Source of the DNA: Patescibacteria group bacterium | GTDB taxonomy: Bacteria > Patescibacteriota > Patescibacteriia > Patescibacteriales > UBA12465 | Direction: 5' to 3' | NCBI GenBank assembly: GCA_028687275.1 | Contig: JAQUAK010000004.1 | Location: 3,104 to 67,103 of the forward strand | Length of the DNA: 64,000 bases | In this document: positions 8,506 through 17,064 of the stretch, piece after piece | How the letters are laid out: each line of letters starts with the position of its first letter | Numbering within the stretch: the first letter of the stretch is position 1 | Translations under genes and position numbers: made by a program | The notes under the pieces: model-generated | The model's database searches: none | What the model was told of the DNA's origin: nothing | What the model saw: the letters and a program-made list of their open reading frames with translations, nothing else

Positions 8506-8928
8506 TTAATTAATAAAATATTGCAACCATTTACGCCAATTAGCTATTGGTGGAGCCGCCACTGGCTGATCTACAAAAAAATTAGCTTCCTCATCAGTCA
8601 CAACTACTACTGTCTCTCCAGGGCGTTTTAAGCCTAGATTCAAGCGTGCCTGCTCTTCTAAGGAGGCATCAGACTGAAAATAATCAATCATTTCTTTTAA
8701 GTCCTTATTCTTGTCCTCAAAATCTGAGATTTGATTTTGAATATCTATAATTTCATTTTCAATAATTCGCTTACGACTATAATCTTTCGCCAAAGGAACT
8801 AAGATTAACAACAAAAAAATTAAAGCGATGATGGCAAAAACTTTTGGACCAGCCAAATAACGACTTAAAGAACTAGTCGAAGATTTTCTGCTTTGTCTAA
8901 AATTTGAAATATTTTTTCTCTTATTCAT
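8506..8928 (-). CDS. FtsB/DivIC-like septum formation initiator
   Basis: Single TM (VFAIIALIFLLLILVPL), then a coiled coil and the motif EEQARLNLGLKRPGETVVVV typical of FtsB/DivIC. Start trimmed to ATG at 8928 (ATGAATAA overlaps the upstream stop). The track ORF extends to 8967. Confidence 0.65.
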   Translation of the reverse strand: MNKRKNISNFRQSRKSSTSSLSRYLAGPKVFAIIALIFLLLILVPLAKDYSRKRIIENEIIDIQNQISDFEDKNKDLKEMIDYFQSDASLEEQARLNLGLKRPGETVVVVTDEEANFFVDQPVAAPPIANWRKWLQYFIN

Positions 8929-11581
8929 ACTGTTTACTGGGAGCAAAAATCTTTTTAACGGCTTCAATCAAGAATAAATTAACCAGAGCAACCCCCACTG
9001 CTATCAACCAAGCATTGATTCCTAAATGCATAGTCTGCAATAATCCCTGCAAGGGAGACCAATAAATTGCTATTATTAATAATAGCAGACTTGCCGAAAA
9101 AGACATAATCAAATATGGGTTATTTGCTAATGGAATCTTCCAGAATGGCTCCTTTAAGCTACGTAAAGCAAACAATGAAAATAACGACTTTAAAGCAAGA
9201 ATAACAAAAAATAATGTTCGTAAATAAACAATATCCTCACCTTGACGATAAAGCCAAACAAAAATAAATAATAAAATTAAATCACGAAAAATACCCAAGC
9301 CATAGATAATAGCATTTGACTGCAAATTTAAAATTGGTTCATGTCGGCTAATCGGACGTGAGCTAATTTTCTTATCGCGCGATTTTTCAAAGGCAGGAGT
9401 AAAGCCAGGCAAGCCGTCATTAATAATATTAATCCAAAGAATTTGTGCCGGCAGCAAAGCCAAGGGCATTCCTAAAATTATCGAGCCCGCAATCAAAATT
9501 ACTTCCGAAAAACAATCAGACAGAAGATATATCACAATCCGACGGATGTTTGTAAAAATAATTCTACCCTGAGCAATCGCATCAACAATAACCTTTAAGT
9601 TATTTTTTAATAGGACTAAATCAGCGGTTTCTTTAGCAATCTCTGTCCCTGATCCTAAACAAACCCCAATATCAGCAGTTTTTAAGGCAGGAGAATCATT
9701 TAAACCATCGCCCGTCATAGCAACGACCTCACCGTTAAACTGCAATGCAGCCACAATCCTCAATTTATGTTCAGGGCTAACCCGAGCATACACATTATAT
9801 TTAGTCACCACTGATCTCAACTCTTCATCAGAAATATTATTTAATTCTGGGCCAGTAATAATAAGTTCATTATTTTCTAAACCAGCCTCTTTGGCGATAC
9901 TAAGGGCAGTTAGAGGATGGTCGCCGGTAATAAGTAATACTCTTAACCCCGCTGCCCGACACGATTTGATTGTTTCACGAGCATCCGGGCGCAAGGGATC
10001 ACTTAAGGCAACAAAGCCAACAAAACATAAACCCTCATCCAAAGATTCACAATCTGGTTTTTCAGAATTTTTTAGAGGCTTAATATTATCCCTTAGAGCA
10101 ACAGCGATTAAACGCAGCCCTTTTTTTGTAAAATTATCAGCCTCCGCTAAAACTTCCTTTTTATCATCCTCACTCCATTTCTCAACTCCTTGTCCTTTAT
10201 TAATATGAGTGCACTTAGCCAAAACTACTTCTGGCGCCCCTTTTTCAAATAAAATAAGCCTATCTTTATAAGCATAAAGAGAGGCCATAAACTTATCACT
10301 ACTATTAAAAGTTTTTTCAGCTAACTTATGATAATCGTTTTTTAATTTTTCTGGATCATAGCCTAAGGGCATGGCGGCTAAAAGAAGTGCCGTTTCAGTA
10401 GAGGAGCCCATTGCTCTCCACTTGCTTGGCTCCGCTTCTGGATTTTCAATACTCGCTTTATTACAAAGGACACTACTTAATAATAAATTCTTTAAAGTTT
10501 CTTGTGTAAGTGCTTGTTTTTTATTAATATTCTCTAACTCCTGCCATCGGCCCTCTGTCCAAATTGATTTAACGCTCATTTCACCCTTAGTTAAAGTTCC
10601 CGTTTTATCTGAACAAATAACGGTAGTAGTACCAAGGGTTTCGGCGGCTAATAATTTTCTAACCAGAGCTTTGCGTTTTAAAATTTGCTGCATACCCGTT
10701 ATTAAAACAACAGTTACAGCCACGCCTAAGCCTTCGGGAATAGCAGCCACTGCTAAAGAGATGCCGACAATAAACATCTCCCAAAAAGGCCTGCCCTGCC
10801 AAAGACCAATTAAAACAACTAGCGTAGCCACGCTAACCATCATAACGGCTAAAAACTTAGACAGCTTACCCAAACGCTTTTGTAAAGGAGTCGCAGACAC
10901 ATTAGCATCAGCAACAAGCAAAGATATTTTTCCTAATTCTGTTTTGTGACCAATTGCGGTCACTATCGCTAAACCGCTACCACCAACAATTGCTGATCCA
11001 GCATAAACCATATTTACCCGATCAGCCAAAGCGGTGCCAATATCTAAGGCTGATAGTGATTTATTAACCGAAGAAGACTCACCAGTTAAATTAGCCTCAT
11101 TTAATTCTAATTCATAAATGCGAAGCAGGCGCCCATCAGCCGGCACATAACTACCAGCTCTTAAAATCATAATATCACCAGGCACAAGCTCACGACTATC
11201 AATAGTAATTTTACGGCCATCTCTTAACACTAAGGCCAGGGGCTTGATCACTTCTTTTAACTTGCGTAAGGCATCATCAGCCTTTTTCTCTTGAAAAAAG
11301 CCAATAGCAACATTTAAAAAAACTGCTCCTAAAATAACACCCGCATCAATAGAGCTCCCCACCAGAAAAGAAGCCACCCCCGCTATCAATAAAATAACCA
11401 TCAGTGGGCTAGTAATTTGACGCCATAAAATTGTAAAAGCCCCTTCCTGACTTTCTAGGCTTAGCCGATTTGAACCATGCTTTAATTGACGCTTGCTAAT
11501 ACTATTCTGTCCCAATCCTTTCTCTGAAGTTTTTAGACGAGCCAGACATTCTTCAGTTTGTAAAGTGTAATAATTAATCAT
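8921..11581 (-). CDS. cation-transporting P-type ATPase (P2-type, Ca2+/Mg2+-like)
   Basis: 886 aa. Phosphorylation motif ICSDKTGTLT, TGES (LTGES), hinge MTGDGLNDSPALK, about ten TM segments. Confidence 0.9.
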   Translation of the reverse strand: MINYYTLQTEECLARLKTSEKGLGQNSISKRQLKHGSNRLSLESQEGAFTILWRQITSPLMVILLIAGVASFLVGSSIDAGVILGAVFLNVAIGFFQEKKADDALRKLKEVIKPLALVLRDGRKITIDSRELVPGDIMILRAGSYVPADGRLLRIYELELNEANLTGESSSVNKSLSALDIGTALADRVNMVYAGSAIVGGSGLAIVTAIGHKTELGKISLLVADANVSATPLQKRLGKLSKFLAVMMVSVATLVVLIGLWQGRPFWEMFIVGISLAVAAIPEGLGVAVTVVLITGMQQILKRKALVRKLLAAETLGTTTVICSDKTGTLTKGEMSVKSIWTEGRWQELENINKKQALTQETLKNLLLSSVLCNKASIENPEAEPSKWRAMGSSTETALLLAAMPLGYDPEKLKNDYHKLAEKTFNSSDKFMASLYAYKDRLILFEKGAPEVVLAKCTHINKGQGVEKWSEDDKKEVLAEADNFTKKGLRLIAVALRDNIKPLKNSEKPDCESLDEGLCFVGFVALSDPLRPDARETIKSCRAAGLRVLLITGDHPLTALSIAKEAGLENNELIITGPELNNISDEELRSVVTKYNVYARVSPEHKLRIVAALQFNGEVVAMTGDGLNDSPALKTADIGVCLGSGTEIAKETADLVLLKNNLKVIVDAIAQGRIIFTNIRRIVIYLLSDCFSEVILIAGSIILGMPLALLPAQILWINIINDGLPGFTPAFEKSRDKKISSRPISRHEPILNLQSNAIIYGLGIFRDLILLFIFVWLYRQGEDIVYLRTLFFVILALKSLFSLFALRSLKEPFWKIPLANNPYLIMSFSASLLLLIIAIYWSPLQGLLQTMHLGINAWLIAVGVALVNLFLIEAVKKIFAPSKQYE

Positions 11582-11588
11582 ACATTTA

Positions 11589-13169
11589 TTATGACCTTGA
11601 CTTAGGTGTCACCCAAAAACCCATATATTTCCCTCTGAGTAAGCGCCATTGCGCATCTAAACAAGGAATAGATCCAAAAAATATAATTGTAAAGGGCACA
11701 AATACCCACTCTAAAACCATACGCACGTTCTTAAAGAAAGTATATTTAGCCGGTCTTTTTGGTAGTAATAAAGTAGAAATGATTGCTGAGAGTACTAATC
11801 CTATCATAGCAATATTCATTAAAGATTGAGTGATAGAAGGTAAATTACCAGAAAGAACGGTAGTGTTAAAACGATCGCCCCCAATCAACATTGGCATCCA
11901 ACCAACCACAGCGATAATTAAAGCGTTGGTCGCCCAAGAATGAAAACCATAAATCTGTGTAAAAATATGGCTAATAATTTTTTTACGATCAATGTTGTGC
12001 CAATGTTTAACTGTATTAAACATTAAATAGGGTACGTTCTCAGCTCCCCAAGCCCAACGACGCTGCTGTTTATATAAACTCTTAGCAGTCTGAATAAAAT
12101 TACGATCGAAAGTAATGTCCATAGAAACAGGAAAATAAAGAGGCTCAACTCGGTAATCGCCACCATAATAAAGCAGACAGTGCCAAAAAATACGAGAATC
12201 TTCGCTAACCATATTAGTTGACCAGAAACCAATATCAACTAGGGCTCGCAAAGTCATCGAATGTGAAGAGTAAGTTACTAACTGCTCTTCTCTAATTTGC
12301 ATCATCATTTGCCAAAAAGTATTTGAGGATGCAGCTACTCGAGAAAAAAATGGCGCCTCCCATAGATTATTCTGATAAATCGGAATTGGCTGATAGCTAG
12401 CACGATAAGGGTCAGAAACAGTTAAAAACTTGTAAGAAAGAGCAAAAAAATAACCAGGCCTAACCATTGTATCGATATCAAACACGCTAACTAAGATATT
12501 ATCAAAATTAAAATTCTCTGGATCTAGTAATTCTTTTTTAACCTGCTTAATTGCCCAGGACTGATTAGCTCCCTTGCCTTTAATTTCACCAACCATGCCA
12601 TCCGGATGAAAAGTAATAACTAAATGAGCAAATTTGTCTTGAAAAGACTTCTTAATATTTATCGCCCTTTGCCGCCCCTCCTCACCGGCTCTTTCTTCTA
12701 TAGCTAAAACAACTAACATTTGTTCTGGAGGAAAACCATCTTTAAGTAAAGCGTCTAAGGCGCTAGCAATTATTTCTTCATTTTCATTATAGGTTGGTAA
12801 AACTACTAGTTGTATTAAGTCCGTCCATTTTTTACCGCCACGCGCTAAAGAATCAATGGCAATTTTTGGATCAACAAAGTTCTCCCGACTTAGCTCTTCA
12901 CAACGAGCACGCCAGTTAATTGCAGAATTTTTTTTCATTTTACGATAGGCAACTACTAAATACAGAGCTAGATATATAACCAAAAGCAACCAATAAACAT
13001 CAAAGGCGATAATAAAAAAGGCCACCCAAACCGGTTGAAAATAGGAAAAAAAGATTAAAGCAATAAAAGTAGCATACGATAAGAAGCCGGGAAGAATTTC
13101 AAAAAAACGGTAAAGACGGCGATCTTTACCTTTTAAGTCGGTTGCCTTACCCACCTTTAAATAATCCAT
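11589..13169 (-). CDS. membrane-embedded family 2 glycosyltransferase (processive, cellulose/chitin-synthase-like)
   Basis: N- and C-terminal TM bundles around a GT2 core with VFDIDT, SEDSRIFW and Q-x-x-R-W (KQQRRWAWG). Start trimmed to ATG at 13169 to avoid an 86-nt overlap with the upstream gene. The track ORF extends to 13256. Confidence 0.75.
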   Translation of the reverse strand: MDYLKVGKATDLKGKDRRLYRFFEILPGFLSYATFIALIFFSYFQPVWVAFFIIAFDVYWLLLVIYLALYLVVAYRKMKKNSAINWRARCEELSRENFVDPKIAIDSLARGGKKWTDLIQLVVLPTYNENEEIIASALDALLKDGFPPEQMLVVLAIEERAGEEGRQRAINIKKSFQDKFAHLVITFHPDGMVGEIKGKGANQSWAIKQVKKELLDPENFNFDNILVSVFDIDTMVRPGYFFALSYKFLTVSDPYRASYQPIPIYQNNLWEAPFFSRVAASSNTFWQMMMQIREEQLVTYSSHSMTLRALVDIGFWSTNMVSEDSRIFWHCLLYYGGDYRVEPLYFPVSMDITFDRNFIQTAKSLYKQQRRWAWGAENVPYLMFNTVKHWHNIDRKKIISHIFTQIYGFHSWATNALIIAVVGWMPMLIGGDRFNTTVLSGNLPSITQSLMNIAMIGLVLSAIISTLLLPKRPAKYTFFKNVRMVLEWVFVPFTIIFFGSIPCLDAQWRLLRGKYMGFWVTPKSRS

Positions 13170-13170
13170 A

Positions 13171-13746
13171 CTAAATATTATAGCCTTGACGGCGAATTTC
13201 ATAAAAGCAACGAGCGCAAGCCAGAACATCAACCATTGCATTATGAGCATCTTCAAAATTTTTCTTAAATAAATACTGATGTAGCTCAGCTAAATTAGGC
13301 CATTTATAGCCACCGCGACCATTACTAATGCGACAAATATCCACACTAGATTTCATCGTACAAATTTTCTTAACCATCACTAAATTATTATCAATTTTAT
13401 TACGATAAAATTCTGAACCAATTATTTTATCATCAAAATCTATATTATGTCCCACTAAAGCGTCTGCTCGAGCAATATGCTCGGCAAACTCGTTTAAAAC
13501 TAATTGTAAATCCTTGCCCTCAGCTAAAGCCTGCTGATGACTGATACGATGTATCTTAGTTGACTCCTCAGGAATAACAAACCCCTCTGGTTTAATAATA
13601 TAATCATAACGATCCCAGGCTTTACCCTCATTATCAAACCAAGCCCAAGAAAGTTGAACTAAGCGCGGCCAGTTATCAATATCACTAACTGGTGCTTTAA
13701 AATTTTTAGGCAAGCCTGTTGTCTCAGTGTCAAAAAATAAATACAT
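13171..13746 (-). CDS. DEDDh 3'-5' exonuclease (DnaQ/epsilon-like)
   Basis: 191 aa. ExoI FFDTETTG, ExoII GHNIDFD, ExoIII HNAMVDV. 4 nt downstream of the ATPase gene. Confidence 0.8.
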   Translation of the reverse strand: MYLFFDTETTGLPKNFKAPVSDIDNWPRLVQLSWAWFDNEGKAWDRYDYIIKPEGFVIPEESTKIHRISHQQALAEGKDLQLVLNEFAEHIARADALVGHNIDFDDKIIGSEFYRNKIDNNLVMVKKICTMKSSVDICRISNGRGGYKWPNLAELHQYLFKKNFEDAHNAMVDVLACARCFYEIRRQGYNI

Positions 13747-13750
13747 AAAT

Positions 13751-15706
13751 TTATTCAGCGCGACGAGAAAAATCTATCACCTCATCTTCGTCTATTTCTA
13801 TTTCTTGTTTATCTTTGTTAAAAATAGTGTTGTTAACATTAGATAAGCGATCTTCGTGTTTTTTTTCTGGACGACCACGGAAGTCGACCGGCTGAACACG
13901 ACTTAAAGATGATAAAGAAATAGAAGGGACAGAATCAATTTTTTTTAATTCCTCTGCTTTTTGTTGCTGTCTATTCTCAAGGTCTGATTTTTTCTCTTGT
14001 CTTTTAATACTTAGACATTCCTTACAAAATACTGGACGAATTCCATCTGGCTCAAAAACAGTGGCTGTTTCTATGCCGCAACGAGCACAAATTGCCTTAA
14101 ACTGAGGGCGCTTATCTCGAACTAAGCCTGGGTGGCTAGAATTGACTTTTTCCCGCCCAGATAAAGCACCTTGATTTCTAGTAACATTATCTTCTCTGGT
14201 CGTATTTTTTACCGGCTCTATTCTTGCTTCCACTTCTAAGTCTTTTTTAGGAACGGTGTTGGCAACAGCCTCCTTTCTTGGATTTAAACGCTCATTATTA
14301 ATAATCGGAGCAGGCCTACTAAGGCTTGCCGCCGGGGTGCTCGGCGAAGATGAAGTATTAGTCGCATGAGGCCTATTTTGTCCATTTGAAACATTATTTG
14401 TTTTAACTGAATTTTTAGGGGCATCTTCTTCAGCTGAATGCCAACGTAAAATCTTCTCTTCCACGTCTTCACGACTACTGGCATACTTCTCTCGAGAATA
14501 TTGAATGACTTTTTCCGTGTTGTTAGTTATTTCGGCATCAGTTAAAGGCGGTAAGCCTTTGGCCGAAAAGGGCGAAGAAGCTACTCCGTCAATCATTAGT
14601 TTTAAGTACATTTCATATTTAGGCAAATTAACTAAATCCTCTTCGGTAAAGACCGGCGCAAATTCTTTAGCTAATTCCTCAGCATCAACTGACCCTACCC
14701 GGAAGGAAACCATAGTGCCTACGTTACCGAAAACAGCTGGCTTAACCTTTTCGCTCAACTGTTCGATATATTGATGGGCTAAAATTAAATTTAAATGATA
14801 TTTTCTAGCTTCAGATAAAATGTTAGCAAAACTATCAGTAGAAAAATTTTGAAATTCATCAATATAAAGATAAAAATCCTTACGTTCTTTCTCGGGCATA
14901 TCGACCCTACTCATGGCTGATAACTGAATTTTTGTAATCATCATCGCTCCTAATAAAGCAGAGTTATCCTCACCAATCCTTCCCTTACTAAGATTCATAA
15001 TTAATATCTTGCCACTATCCATAATCTCACGAATATTAATAGCTGAGTCTACCTGACCAATAATATTACGCATTAAGGAGCTAGAAAGAAATTGTCCAAC
15101 TTTATTTTGAATAGGGGATACAGCTTCGGAGGCAAACTTATCAGCGTAAGAAGCAAACTCTTTTTCCCAAAAGGCTTTAACCACAGGGTCTTTAATATTA
15201 GCAACCACCTTCTTGCGATAAGTTTTATCAGATAACATGCGCACCACGCCCAAAATGGTAGAGCCAGGAAAATCTAAAATAGCTAAAATGGTATTACGTA
15301 AAATATATTCTAAACGAGGGCCCCAAGAATCAGCCCATAATTTCTGAAAAACTCCTAACAAACCTGAGGCTACCAGATGACGCAGATGTGGCTCAACTTG
15401 CTCTAGGACATTAAAAGCAATCGGAAAATCCATGTCGGCTGGATTAAAATAGATAACATCTTTGATTCTTTCTTCTGGAATAAACTCAATTATTTTTTCA
15501 GCTAAATCTCCATGAGGATCAACTATAGCCACGCCGTGTCCAGCCCGAATGTCGCCCACAATCATATTTTCCAAAATAGTGGACTTACCCATGCCAGTTT
15601 TCCCAATCAAATACATATGACGACGACGGTCGTCCGTTTTTATACCAAACTTCTTATATTCATTGCGAAAAGTAGTTTCAGCAAAGACGGCTATTTCATT
15701 ACTCAT
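13751..15706 (-). CDS. soluble VirD4/TraD-family (T4SS coupling-protein-like) P-loop ATPase with a disordered tail containing a CxxC-x17-CxxC zinc ribbon
   Basis: 651 aa. Walker A GKTGMGKST, Walker B YLYIDEFQNF, ARKYHLNLILAHQ region as in TraG/TraD C-terminal domains. No N-terminal TM. The tail carries CARCGIETATVFEPDGIRPVFCKEC (14012-14089). Confidence 0.65.
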   Translation of the reverse strand: MSNEIAVFAETTFRNEYKKFGIKTDDRRRHMYLIGKTGMGKSTILENMIVGDIRAGHGVAIVDPHGDLAEKIIEFIPEERIKDVIYFNPADMDFPIAFNVLEQVEPHLRHLVASGLLGVFQKLWADSWGPRLEYILRNTILAILDFPGSTILGVVRMLSDKTYRKKVVANIKDPVVKAFWEKEFASYADKFASEAVSPIQNKVGQFLSSSLMRNIIGQVDSAINIREIMDSGKILIMNLSKGRIGEDNSALLGAMMITKIQLSAMSRVDMPEKERKDFYLYIDEFQNFSTDSFANILSEARKYHLNLILAHQYIEQLSEKVKPAVFGNVGTMVSFRVGSVDAEELAKEFAPVFTEEDLVNLPKYEMYLKLMIDGVASSPFSAKGLPPLTDAEITNNTEKVIQYSREKYASSREDVEEKILRWHSAEEDAPKNSVKTNNVSNGQNRPHATNTSSSPSTPAASLSRPAPIINNERLNPRKEAVANTVPKKDLEVEARIEPVKNTTREDNVTRNQGALSGREKVNSSHPGLVRDKRPQFKAICARCGIETATVFEPDGIRPVFCKECLSIKRQEKKSDLENRQQQKAEELKKIDSVPSISLSSLSRVQPVDFRGRPEKKHEDRLSNVNNTIFNKDKQEIEIDEDEVIDFSRRAE

Positions 15707-15720
15707 AAAAATTAATTATT

Positions 15721-16017
15721 TTAATTGCCCATTGTTATACTTCCCGCTATTAGTTTCATAAAGCTTCTATAAGCATCAGACACTATCGGCGGCAAGTAAA
15801 TAATACCAATAATCACCGGGATAACGATTAGAAATAATTTAGCCCAGCCAAATATACGCTGCCAAGCCACATAAACATTAATATGGCGTACCATTGCTCT
15901 AATTTCCTTAGTCATAGCTAAATTTTCTTCCAATAAGGACTGCAGGTTAACATTTTTATTTACCTCAGGCGACAACGCCTCAGGCAATTCATCTTCATTT
16001 TTTTCTTGACTATTCAT
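15721..16017 (-). CDS. small hypothetical membrane protein
   Basis: ORF with a C-terminal TM (LFLIVIPVIIGIIYLPPIV). Start set to ATG at 16017 (MNSQEKNEDE...) just after the nrdG stop. The track ORF extends to 16038. Confidence 0.4.
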   Translation of the reverse strand: MNSQEKNEDELPEALSPEVNKNVNLQSLLEENLAMTKEIRAMVRHINVYVAWQRIFGWAKLFLIVIPVIIGIIYLPPIVSDAYRSFMKLIAGSITMGN

Positions 16018-16021
16018 AAAT

Positions 16022-16792
16022 TTAAATACGTGCTTCACACTTTTTTACAAATTTATTACCAATTAGAGCCAGTTCTTTCAGCTCTTGATCCGTAAAAGTT
16101 GATTTATGCTCGTAGCTAGGATCGAGTAAGCCAGTATCAGGCTTAAATTTTTGCAAATACCAGCGATTTGCGCCCTTAATTGCCTGGCCCATCAATTCAA
16201 TATCTTCAGCCTGATGGAGGTCCGGCACTAAAGTTGTCCTAAATTCATATGGCAGCGAGCTAGACATTATTATTTTAACACTTTTTTGCAAATTATCTAA
16301 ATTTACAGGGATATCAACTACCGACCCGTATTTCTCCCAAGAAGCCTTAATGTCCATAGCAATATAATCTATCAATTTATCATTAATTAAAGACTGAAGC
16401 ATTTCTGGGTTAGTGCCATTAGTGTCCAATTTTATTAAATAACCAAAAGATCTAATACGACGAATAAAATCAGGTAAATCTGCATGCAAGGTTGGCTCGC
16501 CACCGGTTATAACTACGCCATCTATCTTTCCTTGCCTTTCTTTTAAAAAAAGAAAAAGGTCTTCCTCCTTAATAAGGGGATAACCTTTTTCAATATCTTT
16601 TTCGTCTAACGCCAGAGCTTCAGGGCGATGGGGCCAGACAAGCATGGGATTATAGCAATAATGACAACGGAAATTGCAACCTTTAGTGAAAACGATAGCT
16701 GCCAAATTATCTGGAAAATCTAAAAGGGTTAACTTTTCTAAACCACCAATTATCATAGAAGCGTGCTTTGAGAAGTCGCCGGGATTTATCAA
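16022..16792 (-). CDS. nrdG: anaerobic ribonucleoside-triphosphate reductase activating protein (radical SAM)
   Basis: CNFRCHYCYN (CxxxCxxC) cluster after LTLLDFPDNLAAIVFTKG. Sits downstream of nrdD. The track start is a TTG preceded by a GAGGAGGGGCGGGGAGAAGGG purine/G-rich tract. An alternative ATG lies at 16756. Confidence 0.85.
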   Translation of the reverse strand: MINPGDFSKHASMIIGGLEKLTLLDFPDNLAAIVFTKGCNFRCHYCYNPMLVWPHRPEALALDEKDIEKGYPLIKEEDLFLFLKERQGKIDGVVITGGEPTLHADLPDFIRRIRSFGYLIKLDTNGTNPEMLQSLINDKLIDYIAMDIKASWEKYGSVVDIPVNLDNLQKSVKIIMSSSLPYEFRTTLVPDLHQAEDIELMGQAIKGANRWYLQKFKPDTGLLDPSYEHKSTFTDQELKELALIGNKFVKKCEARI

Positions 16793-16827
16793 CGACCCTT
16801 CTCCCCGCCCCTCCTCAAATTAATTAA

Positions 16828-16971
16828 TTATTCAGAACAAGCTACTTTAAAAGTCTTGCGGTCGTTATACTCAGAAGTTTTACCCGGATTGTAATTCTTA
16901 ACTGGTGTTAACCAGCCAACAACACGGCTGTAAACAATGCACTCTTGACGTTGAGTAGTGATTGGACTCAT
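16828..16971 (-). CDS. 47-aa ORF encoding the NrdD C-terminal glycyl-radical loop (split nrdD fragment)
   Basis: Hand translation MSPITTQRQECIVYSRVVGWLTPVKNYNPGKTSEYNDRKTFKVACSE. It matches the class III RNR C-terminal signature SR[IV]xG[YW]..PV..[WY]N.GK..E..DRK. Lies between nrdD and nrdG. Below the ORF-track size cut-off. Confidence 0.6.
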   Translation of the reverse strand: MSPITTQRQECIVYSRVVGWLTPVKNYNPGKTSEYNDRKTFKVACSE

Positions 16972-17064
16972 ATGTATGAATTCGGCTTAATTAGAGGACA
17001 TTTAATCAATATCCACATAACCAGCTCTGAGTATATTATAAATTAAAATATTAAATAAAACAAA

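Noticed and set aside
8929-8967. N-terminal extensions of track ORFs that overlap upstream genes (also 13170-13256, 16018-16038, 19117-19161 and 62139-62192)
   Set aside because: In each case an internal ATG right after the upstream stop gives an N-terminus matching the family (MNKRK.. for FtsB-like, MDYLK.. for GT2, MSEIITQ.. ATP-cone for NrdD, MNKKQ.. for GyrA). The extensions were trimmed.
10371-10949. 192 aa plus-strand ORF, with similar antisense or nested ORFs at 9891-10208, 7316-7615, 3416-3817, 14505-14774, 22478-22768, 27609-27908, 31608-31919, 39209-39484, 39872-40201, 43598-43876, 49782-50105 and 60604-60927
   Set aside because: All lie wholly inside longer ORFs on the opposite strand that have clear family motifs or coherent membrane or secreted architecture. 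None has recognisable motifs of its own.
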